Source: a virus
Taxonomy: Duplodnaviria > Caudoviricetes
IMG/VR virus record: IMGVR_UViG_3300022200_008215
Span: 1 to 53,868 of that record
Length of the DNA: 53,868 nucleotides
Reading direction: 5' to 3' (one strand)
In this document: positions 28,014 through 36,513 of the stretch, piece by piece
Numbering within the stretch: position 1 is the stretch's first letter
How the letters are laid out: each line of letters starts with the position of its first letter
The notes under the pieces: model-generated
Seen by the model: only the letters and a program-made list of their open reading frames with translations
Database searches by the model: none
Told to the model about the DNA's origin: nothing
Translations under genes and position numbers: made by a program

Positions 28014-30659
28014 TTACAGCAGTTGTCTTATTCCTAATGCTGGTAGTCTTTTACGCCATAGGGTAAGTATTTTTTCTTTTTGACTTGGTGTTATATCTTG
28101 TGAGTCTATATACCTGTTCACTACATCAGCAAAGGGTTTCTTTTCTTTTTTAGCCCTTAAGAGTAGTCCTTGTAAATTTGCATCTACCTCTTTTTCAAGC
28201 TCTAAATATTGATTAGCTCTTGATTTTTTTGATTTTATCCAAGCTCTTCTTTCAAGATCGTCTGCCATTCCTTTATTGGGGTTAGCAGTATCGCTTCCTA
28301 TGTTATGTGTTAGGTGTTCTATTTCATGTCTAACAATATCCTTTAATGTCATAGAAATCTCTTCCCATATTTCTGGTAGGAGTTGTTCATCTACTTCTAC
28401 ATCTATTCTAATGAAATCTCCTTCGTTGTCTGTACCTGCTCCTGTTGTCTCAATAACATCCATTGTCCCCGTATCGAATGTTAATTCTATTGTAGCTTCT
28501 ACATCGAAATTTGCTCCTAAACCTTCATAGTTGTCTTTATATTGAAACCCGTCTTCTCCTTCATCTACGGCTTGTTTCCATGCTTTGAAGATATTTGAGG
28601 ATATTGTATTTGTAAGTTTATCGTATTTACCTTCTGCCATCACTTCTTTTTTTTTACCATTTTTAATCTCATCTTCCCAGTTCCTGAAAGTTATATTCCC
28701 TTCTAAGTATGCTTCTTTTTCTATCTCTATTAAGTTACTATCTTCATTTGTATTAGTAGTTCCTACGGAACCTAATCTACCTTCTAAATTCTGTTTATGA
28801 TGAATCATCTCATGTGTAAAAGATCTCATTACATCTTTAGGGTGTCTTCCTTCTACGTAGAGAACTACTTCTTTCTTATTAGGGTCGTAGAATGCTGTAC
28901 GTCCAAAGAAATCACTTGATTCTGCTATATCTCTCCTAATTTTGACTTCAGGTAAGGGAGTTACTTTCATCTTTTGATCTATCATATACTCTAAAATAGA
29001 GCCCATATATGGTGTGTAATCAAAGCCAACTCTTTCTCCTTCTTTTTTATTCCGAACTGTTATACTATCTCCATTGAATACTATATCGTAGTACTCGTCC
29101 CCGAGTAGGGTAAGTAGTTTCTTATATACGGTAACTAGCATTGCTCTATCTTTTGACGCAATAACGCTTTTTGGAGCTATTGCTGTTCCGGAAGAACCTT
29201 CTTTAACTAATTGATTAGTGTTAAAAAGTTCGTGTAGTGTTTTATCTAAAGCTTCTTGCATTTGTATCTCTTTTTCTGATGGTGCACGCATTGCTGCTAT
29301 GTTTATACTTCTTTCTTTATCTGAGTTGTTTATTTCCTGTGGTGTCCATTCCCCGCTTTTTAAGTACCTGACAGAATTTCTTATTGAGTTAGCAGAAAAT
29401 TTACTGTCCTCTTCTCCTTCTCTTGGTAACTCTAATATTTCAACTGTTGGATATTTTTCTTTATTTTTTATAAAATAGTCAAACCTTTTTGCTTCTTCGG
29501 GAAGAGTTCCTGTTATGATTTTAGAATAGCTATTTTGATTATCATCTACAAAAGTATAAATGTCTCTTATGGGGGTTACTTCTGATAGGATTATATCAAC
29601 CGGTATCGGAAGGTATTTGGCATAAATTTCCCAAATACTCTTAGATTGTTCAGCGCTAATTCTTACTCCTTCTCGTACTTTAGGTCCTATAAATATAACC
29701 AACCTGTCTACTTTATCTGCTAAAAATTTTGCATTATTAAAATGAGCTTTGTGAGGTGGTTTAAATCCTCCGGCGTATAGTCCTACTGTTTTACCTTGCT
29801 CATCCTCTAGTATAGTATTTACTGTCTGTAGTGCTTTTTCTTTCCCTGCTCCTTTAGGTGTCCCCACTTCCCCTGATTTTACTGATACCATACTATTAAA
29901 AACACCTTTAATTCTTTCTTTTGATCTTGGATTTTTTACTTTAGATTTAATATCTTGTAGTAAATCTTCGAATGTTCCGTCTATGTTATAGTTTTTAAAA
30001 AGTTCTCTTATTAGTCCCCAATTTGTTGTACTCCATAGATCTTCTCTAGCAACTGTTTTGAAATCTTTTAATTTTACTTTCCTTAAAGTTAGTTTATTTG
30101 AACTTAAATTGAACTCTAATTCTTCATCTGGTGTAAGCTGTGGTACATCATTTATGCTTAATCTCTTGAGCAGTTCAACTGGGTTTTCTTCTAGTAGAAT
30201 AACTTTTACTAGTCCTAATAACAGTCCTTGTTTTTCGGCTGGTAGATCTAAGAAGCTATTTTTAAATGCATGTTCTTCGTCTGATAGTGATATGATATTA
30301 TCTACTTGTATGTATTTATCTTGCTGACCTGTAATTGGAAAGAGGATAGTAATTATTTCTCCAGAGTTGTAGTATTTTTTACCTGAATATTTTTCACTCT
30401 TAAAAGGAACTATAACGCTATCAGGTTCCGAAGTTACTGTTTTAATTATTCTCTGTTTAACTTCTTTCTTATCTTCTCCTTCGAATTGAACAATTAAGTC
30501 GAGGTCTCCAAAATCCGGCTTACTTCCTGCTTTAACACTTCCAGATAGTGATGCTTTTTTGAATCCTGGTATCTTTTCTAGAACATCTTTTACGTACTTA
30601 TCGAAAGTACGTTTAACATCTTTCTTTTCTATTCTCTGACCTCCGGCTACACCTGACAT
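28014..30659 (-). CDS. Fusion: Pol-beta-type nucleotidyltransferase + HIGH-type (cytidylyltransferase-like) domain + two HExxH metallopeptidase-like domains
   Basis: SGSVKAGSKPDFGDLD and IQVD; GGFKPPHKAH; HEMIHH..E.EAY; HEIEH..EVDA. Confidence 0.75.
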   Translation of the reverse strand: MSGVAGGQRIEKKDVKRTFDKYVKDVLEKIPGFKKASLSGSVKAGSKPDFGDLDLIVQFEGEDKKEVKQRIIKTVTSEPDSVIVPFKSEKYSGKKYYNSGEIITILFPITGQQDKYIQVDNIISLSDEEHAFKNSFLDLPAEKQGLLLGLVKVILLEENPVELLKRLSINDVPQLTPDEELEFNLSSNKLTLRKVKLKDFKTVAREDLWSTTNWGLIRELFKNYNIDGTFEDLLQDIKSKVKNPRSKERIKGVFNSMVSVKSGEVGTPKGAGKEKALQTVNTILEDEQGKTVGLYAGGFKPPHKAHFNNAKFLADKVDRLVIFIGPKVREGVRISAEQSKSIWEIYAKYLPIPVDIILSEVTPIRDIYTFVDDNQNSYSKIITGTLPEEAKRFDYFIKNKEKYPTVEILELPREGEEDSKFSANSIRNSVRYLKSGEWTPQEINNSDKERSINIAAMRAPSEKEIQMQEALDKTLHELFNTNQLVKEGSSGTAIAPKSVIASKDRAMLVTVYKKLLTLLGDEYYDIVFNGDSITVRNKKEGERVGFDYTPYMGSILEYMIDQKMKVTPLPEVKIRRDIAESSDFFGRTAFYDPNKKEVVLYVEGRHPKDVMRSFTHEMIHHKQNLEGRLGSVGTTNTNEDSNLIEIEKEAYLEGNITFRNWEDEIKNGKKKEVMAEGKYDKLTNTISSNIFKAWKQAVDEGEDGFQYKDNYEGLGANFDVEATIELTFDTGTMDVIETTGAGTDNEGDFIRIDVEVDEQLLPEIWEEISMTLKDIVRHEIEHLTHNIGSDTANPNKGMADDLERRAWIKSKKSRANQYLELEKEVDANLQGLLLRAKKEKKPFADVVNRYIDSQDITPSQKEKILTLWRKRLPALGIRQLL

Positions 30660-30660
30660 T

Positions 30661-31572
30661 TTATACTGTTTTATATTTAGTTAAATTCGATTCATCCGGT
30701 AGGAATTTACCTTTAAGTGTTAATCTGTCTTGGTTTTCTATCCAATACGATTGTAAATCTTCGGGAATATCTGCTCTAGTACTGTCTAATATTTTTAAGT
30801 ACCTGTCGTATACACCATTCAAATCCTCTGTAGATAATCCCGCTTCTAATGTCTCTATTAATTTAAAGTAATCTCCAGCAGTCTCTTTATCTAACTTAAT
30901 ATTATATAACTTATTTAAAAGTTCTATAGCCTGTTGTGGACTATTAGCTACTATCTCTTGAGTTTCTTTATCTTTAACTCCATAATTGTGTGAAAAGGTA
31001 TATCCCTTATGTGAAAATAGAGCAACAATAAGTTGAGTTCTATGTAATCCTTTTACATTTCCTGAATAGGTAGTGGAGTGGTATGCAAAGGAAAGCCAGT
31101 CTACGTCTCCCACGTTTATATCTATCTGTACGTTATCACCTACTTCTTCTTTATTTTCATCAAACTGTGGAAATAAGAGGAATAATGCTCCTGCTCCTGA
31201 GCCTTTCACATCGGCTAAGATATCGGTATTACTTTCCTCAATTTTTTGAGCTACAGAAACTATAACAGCTCTCTTCATTAGTTGATCATCAGACGATGTT
31301 CTAGCTCGTTTTTTGAAACCATCGAATAGTTTATTAATATGGTCTTGATCTAATCCCCAATCGTTAATATCGTCAAAAGATTTTCCTGATAGGGCTAAGT
31401 CAATATCCCCTGAGTAGTCTTTTTTCCCTACAGATCCTAAAGTTTTCATCTCTCTAAAAAATGGTTCTGCTTTAGGAAAAATTGCTTTAAATTGCTTGAA
31501 AAATTCAAACAATGTAGGTTTTATATTCTCTTTTTTAATTGAAGCAGTATTATTAAAAACGTTACCTCCCAT
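30661..31572 (-). CDS. Pol-beta-superfamily nucleotidyltransferase
   Basis: LGSVGKKDYSGDIDL, VQID, KGLHR. Confidence 0.75.
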   Translation of the reverse strand: MGGNVFNNTASIKKENIKPTLFEFFKQFKAIFPKAEPFFREMKTLGSVGKKDYSGDIDLALSGKSFDDINDWGLDQDHINKLFDGFKKRARTSSDDQLMKRAVIVSVAQKIEESNTDILADVKGSGAGALFLLFPQFDENKEEVGDNVQIDINVGDVDWLSFAYHSTTYSGNVKGLHRTQLIVALFSHKGYTFSHNYGVKDKETQEIVANSPQQAIELLNKLYNIKLDKETAGDYFKLIETLEAGLSTEDLNGVYDRYLKILDSTRADIPEDLQSYWIENQDRLTLKGKFLPDESNLTKYKTV

Positions 31573-31592
31573 ACTAATTTATTTTATTGACC

Positions 31593-31641
31593 TAAATATA
31601 TGAATTTATTTTAGATCTACCAACTATTTTATTTATAAATA
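31593..31641 (-). promoter_or_regulatory. Dual promoter (TATTTATA plus Bacteroidota-type) for the nucleotidyltransferase operon
   Basis: TATTTATA at 31634-31641; GTTG-N20-TATATTTA at 31593-31624. Confidence 0.65.
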
Positions 31642-31644
31642 GTA

Positions 31645-32427
31645 TTAAAGTTTAATGGAAGTAGGGTAAGACTTATATTTAGGTTTAACAGATGGGTTTT
31701 CTAATAAGTATAGTTTCTGTATTAGCTTAAATAATTCAAAATTTTCTTCAATTTCATCTATTACTTTAATCTGCCATCCTGCCCCTTGTATAACTTCCTT
31801 TTGTTTTGAAGGTCCCCTAGTACTTGCTTTTAACCAAATAATTCCTGTCCTTTGTATTTTAATTCCTTTCATCTCTTCTAGTGCTCTTGCATAAGCGGAT
31901 AATTGAAGATCATAGGATTTATGTAAGCTGTTGGATGTTTTTATATCCAGCAACCAAACTTCGCCGTGCATTTTAACAACTAGATCCGCTGTTCCTGCAT
32001 ACTTATGGGTATCAGAGTATACGAAGTCTTCTGCTGATATTAATTCTGGTTTATTTTCTTTCCAGAATTCTGTAAATTTAAGGATCATGCTCCAGACTAA
32101 TTCGCTGTACTTAGCTTTGCCGTAATCATCCATCCAGTGTACTTCTTCTCCTAGTACTAACCTTTCGGCAGCTTCGTGTACCTGGGTCCCTTCTTTACCT
32201 GCTTTCTGCATAATAATATCAGAATTATGTCCTACATCTTTTAGCCAAGTTTCAAAGAATCTATTTTTTGGCATATACTGTAGTATCGTCGTAACTGATG
32301 GATAGTAAGTATCTTCTCTTCTTTTGTAAACTCTGTTATCTAAGAAGTTGATTTGTTGTAATTTCCCATCAAAAGTTAACCGGTCTTTGGCATGTTCTTT
32401 TAAAATGTCTGTACCTTGTTTGATCAT
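31645..32427 (-). CDS. PD-(D/E)xK exonuclease (Cas4-like phage exonuclease)
   Basis: YPSVTTIL, GTQVH, AGTADL, LDIKTS, QLSAY. Confidence 0.88.
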   Translation of the reverse strand: MIKQGTDILKEHAKDRLTFDGKLQQINFLDNRVYKRREDTYYPSVTTILQYMPKNRFFETWLKDVGHNSDIIMQKAGKEGTQVHEAAERLVLGEEVHWMDDYGKAKYSELVWSMILKFTEFWKENKPELISAEDFVYSDTHKYAGTADLVVKMHGEVWLLDIKTSNSLHKSYDLQLSAYARALEEMKGIKIQRTGIIWLKASTRGPSKQKEVIQGAGWQIKVIDEIEENFELFKLIQKLYLLENPSVKPKYKSYPTSIKL

Positions 32428-33350
32428 AGGGCATTAATTTTGTGCACCATTAGACCTGTAAAGTCTAATTCTTTTGCGGATTGAATAAGTTTAGTAAAAT
32501 TTCTAAACCCTACTTCACTTGGGTCTTTTTCTTTTAAGTCAATTAGAAAGACCCTTTTTCCTGAATTTAATAAATTTTCTGCTATCTCTAATGCATCTTT
32601 TTGTGCATCTTGATCCAGAGCTATATAAATGTCATCTACTTTTGACGTTATTATTCTTTTCATTAGAGAGTGGGAAAGACTTTTTCCTAGTATGGGAACA
32701 GCGTTTCTCCGTATTGCCATTGCATCAAATACACCTTCACATAGTATTATCGGTTTATCCCAATTGATCATGTTTTCGAAGAATACTATGTCTTTAGAAG
32801 TTTCTGGGTTTTTGTATTTAAAATACGCTCTTTCGTAAGTTCTTCCAATAAAATAATTGAGCCTACCCGACTCAGAATAACTTGGTATAATGATTCGACC
32901 TCCATAGTCTCCATCTGTCGTATATCCAATAGAGTATTTAATAAAATCATTGTCGGTAAGTCCTCGTTCATATAAGTACTTTCTTATCTTATTGGCAGTG
33001 ATAGATTTTGTTGTAGCTGAATGTAGAGGTTGGTATTCTTTAGGAAGCTCTGTGATTTCATCATTACTATATTCGTATTTTTTACCTTTCTTTATGTATT
33101 TGAGAACCTCCTGTGCTTCTCCTTTAGGTATTTTTAATTGCTTTAGTAGCGAGTATATAGTAGTTCCTCTGGATTTACATACCCAGCACTCCCAGTGGTT
33201 TTTACCTTCTTCATTAGTTGCTAGATTAATTTCTAACTTAGGTTTTCGGTGATTGCAGAAAGGACAATTAAAAGCGTAGTTATCTCTAGCTCTTTTATGA
33301 CTTTTTCCCAATACGTTTTCTATAGATCCTAATAAAAAAGTATACTCCAT
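32424..33350 (-). CDS. DNA primase (DnaG-type Zn finger + TOPRIM)
   Basis: CPFC..H..CWVC, YLYERG, RIIIP, KYKNP, CEGVFDA, LDQDA, KDP. Confidence 0.92.
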   Translation of the reverse strand: MEYTFLLGSIENVLGKSHKRARDNYAFNCPFCNHRKPKLEINLATNEEGKNHWECWVCKSRGTTIYSLLKQLKIPKGEAQEVLKYIKKGKKYEYSNDEITELPKEYQPLHSATTKSITANKIRKYLYERGLTDNDFIKYSIGYTTDGDYGGRIIIPSYSESGRLNYFIGRTYERAYFKYKNPETSKDIVFFENMINWDKPIILCEGVFDAMAIRRNAVPILGKSLSHSLMKRIITSKVDDIYIALDQDAQKDALEIAENLLNSGKRVFLIDLKEKDPSEVGFRNFTKLIQSAKELDFTGLMVHKINAL

Positions 33351-33367
33351 ACTTAACAGTTATTATC

Positions 33368-33399
33368 TTAATATAAGAAAAAAGTTGCAATTAAGCAAC
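33368..33399 (-). promoter_or_regulatory. Bacteroidota sigma70-type promoter for primase/exonuclease
   Basis: GTTG-N20-TATATTAA. Confidence 0.65.
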
Positions 33400-33831
33400 T
33401 TATACGTCTGTCATTTTTAATTTCCCAGATTTAGGGTTGATCATAAAATTATCCGGCCTTATATCTAATTCATCAGAAGGTATTCCTAATCTTTTTGCTT
33501 CCGCTTCTAAGGCATCTATAAAGTCTTCAGGAATTTCTCCTTTAAATTCCCCCATAACGTCCATTGTAATTACTCCTAACTTATCCCCTAACCTACTAAC
33601 ATCGTAAATGAAGACAAAATTATTTGTTTTTTTTCCTTTAAGCAGCTCAGCATGATCTAATTCAACTTCGTCAGTTGTTACCTTTACCGCTTTACCGTCA
33701 AGTAGATATACAGAACCGTAATCCCCTGAGCCTAAGTATTTTCCTCCTCTATCTTGTATTTTATCTATCTGTTTATTAAAAGCAGGATCATATTCTATCG
33801 GACCTTCTAATATTATTTGCGATAGTTTCAC
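33400..33831 (-). CDS. Minimal protein-kinase-like protein
   Basis: LGSGDYGSVY, AVKVT..E, DIRPDNFM, KMTDV then stop. Confidence 0.75.
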   Translation of the reverse strand: MKLSQIILEGPIEYDPAFNKQIDKIQDRGGKYLGSGDYGSVYLLDGKAVKVTTDEVELDHAELLKGKKTNNFVFIYDVSRLGDKLGVITMDVMGEFKGEIPEDFIDALEAEAKRLGIPSDELDIRPDNFMINPKSGKLKMTDV

Positions 33832-34175
33832 TACAGGTCTCTTAAATTAAAATTAAAACCAATTGACGGGTATATTCTCCTCTCTCCTGGTTCATTTTCA
33901 TAAGTACTAGTTGTACTTGTAATTGCAAAATGCTTATCTTCTAAGAATCTTGTTATTTCATTGAATAGCTCTTTCGGAAGGTCTTCCCGTACTATAAATT
34001 CTAGTTTTCCAAACCCTTTTCCAAGTAATTTATCTCCTTTTTCACGATCTTGTGAATACTGGTTCATTGTTAAGTTAGGTTTGTACTGTCCGTACCTTTT
34101 TGTTAGTTCGGCCTGCAGCATTTCTAAAGTATTGTCAGATTCCCCGTACTCTAGTATTATTTTTACTAATTTCAT
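33831..34175 (-). CDS. Hypothetical protein (MKLVKIILE leader)
   Basis: 114 aa ORF coupled to both neighbours. Confidence 0.65.
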   Translation of the reverse strand: MKLVKIILEYGESDNTLEMLQAELTKRYGQYKPNLTMNQYSQDREKGDKLLGKGFGKLEFIVREDLPKELFNEITRFLEDKHFAITSTTSTYENEPGERRIYPSIGFNFNLRDL

Positions 34176-34309
34176 GATCCTTGTCCTTTATAAAGCTTTT
34201 TATAATTCTTAGAATTTTTAAGCTTTGATGTTTTTGATTTTGCGTGAACTCCTGGTCTTTTTCTTTTGGTCTTTTCGTGAGCACCTCCAGTTACGTTATT
34301 TTTAGCCAA
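34172..34309 (-). CDS. Small very basic protein (45 aa)
   Basis: Manual translation from TTG: MAKNNVTGGAHEKTKRKRPGVHAKSKTSKLKNSKNYKKLYKGQGS; ATGA overlap with next gene. Confidence 0.65.
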   Translation of the reverse strand: MAKNNVTGGAHEKTKRKRPGVHAKSKTSKLKNSKNYKKLYKGQGS

Positions 34310-34568
34310 TTTTTATTACTCTTAATTTTAAATTACCGTTTCCTTTTATGAGACGATGGTAGGTCTCTTTAGGTATAAATAGATCTTTTTCTGATAATAC
34401 TTCAGGTGTCTGGTTGTCAAATTGAAATTTCCAATCTGTAGAGTGTAACGTTTGTAGGATCCTGTCTTCTTTATCTCTATGCCATACCAACTCTTCTTCA
34501 GATATATTCTGAGTAAAGGTTCTTACTTCTCCTTCTTCTATGTATGGCCTGTTTACAGTTTCTTCCAT
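34302..34568 (-). CDS. Small cupin-like protein
   Basis: LVWHRDKEDR, WKFQFDN, FIPKETYHRLIKG. Confidence 0.65.
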   Translation of the reverse strand: MEETVNRPYIEEGEVRTFTQNISEEELVWHRDKEDRILQTLHSTDWKFQFDNQTPEVLSEKDLFIPKETYHRLIKGNGNLKLRVIKIG

Positions 34569-34591
34569 ATACCCCCTTTTACTGTCAATAC

Positions 34592-35146
34592 CTACCAATA
34601 ACCTGAATAATTCTTTTTCATTCCTAAGGATTTGGCATATCTGGTCAATCTACAGCTCCAGTACCCTGGTTTACTTTTGTCTTTCTTTTGATCACAGTTA
34701 TGACGATCAGCAAATGCTTTTCTTCTTTTTGGATCATCCAACTTTACTGATAGATTCTGTCCTCCATCTACTGCTCCAAAGGATACTTTTACTACGTTTC
34801 CTTTTTTATTCTTTGTATAAACATAGAACTTTTTAGATCCTCCCCGTTTAGGTTTGTTTAGTGCTACTTCCCTACCTTGGTATTCTGCTTCATAAACCAT
34901 GGGTAGGTCTAAAGGTATTTTTTCACCTTCAAATATTCCATATTCACCGATATCTGTAGATTCCAATAACTCTAAATCCTGTTCGTTTAACTGTATATTA
35001 CCGTCCCTAAGAGCTTGTCTTGCTTCTGTAAATAGTTGTATAAAGCTTTCGCTGGAGTACCGGTAGACATTCTCATATAAGGAGAGTTTATTGTCTAGGT
35101 GGTACTGGAGTGATGGGCATCCTATTATGTCTCTAATTCTTATCAT
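34592..35146 (-). CDS. Hypothetical phage protein
   Basis: EAEYQGREVALNKP, KKFYVY, KVSFG, RHNC..YWSC basic C-terminal domain. Confidence 0.7.
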   Translation of the reverse strand: MIRIRDIIGCPSLQYHLDNKLSLYENVYRYSSESFIQLFTEARQALRDGNIQLNEQDLELLESTDIGEYGIFEGEKIPLDLPMVYEAEYQGREVALNKPKRGGSKKFYVYTKNKKGNVVKVSFGAVDGGQNLSVKLDDPKRRKAFADRHNCDQKKDKSKPGYWSCRLTRYAKSLGMKKNYSGYW

Positions 35147-35236
35147 TTGAAAATTATTATTAAGTACTCCTCTTATAAATAGTTATTTATATTGGAAGTA
35201 TACTACTCTTTTTAGTTATGTCCTACATTATTAAAA

Positions 35237-35932
35237 TTATACTCCTATAATATTACTAATATTAGCTGTTGCTACACCTATTACATTAGTAATACTATCT
35301 GGTATAACTTCTGTTACTATATTTCCGTACCCTGGTGGTGTGTAGGTAATGTCTAGGTATATTGGATATGTTACATTTTTAAACCATGCTCCTGCAGATC
35401 TAGATATAGCTGAAAGAGGTTCATTATTACTATAATCATAATCATTTCCTAAAACTACAACATTTAATACTCCATTAGTGTTTGCATCCGAAATAGCAGT
35501 ACTATTTAATGTTAGTGTATTATAGGTATCTATAGCCCAGGCTAGTGAAGAAGCCATGTATGCTGTAGGAGAGGAAGGGCTCCAATTATTAAAATCAGCA
35601 GATTGAAAATTGTTTCCATCATCTGAAAATGCTGTACTCTTACCTACCATTACATCGATGGAATCGTAATTAGTTCCGTAGATTTTTAAATCCATAGAAG
35701 TTATAGTTCCGCCTACCCCTGATACATCAAATAAGAAAAATCCTCTACTTACTTCATAGAGTCCTCCTCCTCTTCCCGTTGAATATACTTCCGAGGTAAG
35801 TCCGGTAGTTGTAGATGTAGTAAATTGTGTAAAGCTGTCTGCTGATGTAGCGTCTCTAGCGGCTGCCCAGGAAGTAGTAACTGCACTGTATGCTCTTACT
35901 TCTTTAGAGGCTGTTACTGTTGTTGTTGCCAT
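35237..35932 (-). CDS. Putative virion structural / carbohydrate-binding-like protein
   Basis: Ser/Thr-rich beta-type composition; RGFFLFDVS..ITSMDLKIY. Confidence 0.55.
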   Translation of the reverse strand: MATTTVTASKEVRAYSAVTTSWAAARDATSADSFTQFTTSTTTGLTSEVYSTGRGGGLYEVSRGFFLFDVSGVGGTITSMDLKIYGTNYDSIDVMVGKSTAFSDDGNNFQSADFNNWSPSSPTAYMASSLAWAIDTYNTLTLNSTAISDANTNGVLNVVVLGNDYDYSNNEPLSAISRSAGAWFKNVTYPIYLDITYTPPGYGNIVTEVIPDSITNVIGVATANISNIIGV

Positions 35933-35935
35933 ATC

Positions 35936-36499
35936 TTAAAACTGCTTTTTAGGTAAAAAATATTTACTATTATTATAGTATGAATTTTTAGGGGGTGTAA
36001 TATCGAATTCTTGATATTCTACATCTGGTATGTTGTGTAGATTAGAAGATGTTGTTAACATATTCCACCAGGTTGCTACCCCTCTAGGTTTTATAAGCTG
36101 TGTTAATGAGGAGGATAGGTACCTAAGGCTTTCATCACCATATGTATCGTGAAATATTCCATCATAGGTTGATAAAGTATTTAAATTATCATACCAACTT
36201 CCTTCTATTATAGTAACATTAGGTTTATCAGAGGCCCATTCTTTAGCACGTGGTATAATGTCAGGATGATTTTCAACTATTGTATGAGTGGAGATTTTGT
36301 TTGATTGAATATATCCTGCTGATATACCCATACCAAATCCTATCTCTAAGATATCTCCTCCATTTTGAGTAACATATGCGGCTGACCCAGACATTAATTC
36401 ATCCTCCCAATCCATCATCACTTCTCTTTCGAACCCATCATTACCCATAAAGTATATTCTATTAGATTCAAATGTAAGGCTTTGCGATAAGTAAGTCAT
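35936..36499 (-). CDS. Class I SAM methyltransferase, RMT2/guanidinoacetate-N-methyltransferase-like
   Basis: VMMDWE..LM, ILEIGFGMGI, HTIVENHP, YDGIFHDTY. Confidence 0.85.
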   Translation of the reverse strand: MTYLSQSLTFESNRIYFMGNDGFEREVMMDWEDELMSGSAAYVTQNGGDILEIGFGMGISAGYIQSNKISTHTIVENHPDIIPRAKEWASDKPNVTIIEGSWYDNLNTLSTYDGIFHDTYGDESLRYLSSSLTQLIKPRGVATWWNMLTTSSNLHNIPDVEYQEFDITPPKNSYYNNSKYFLPKKQF

Positions 36500-36513
36500 A
36501 TTGGTTTTTTATT

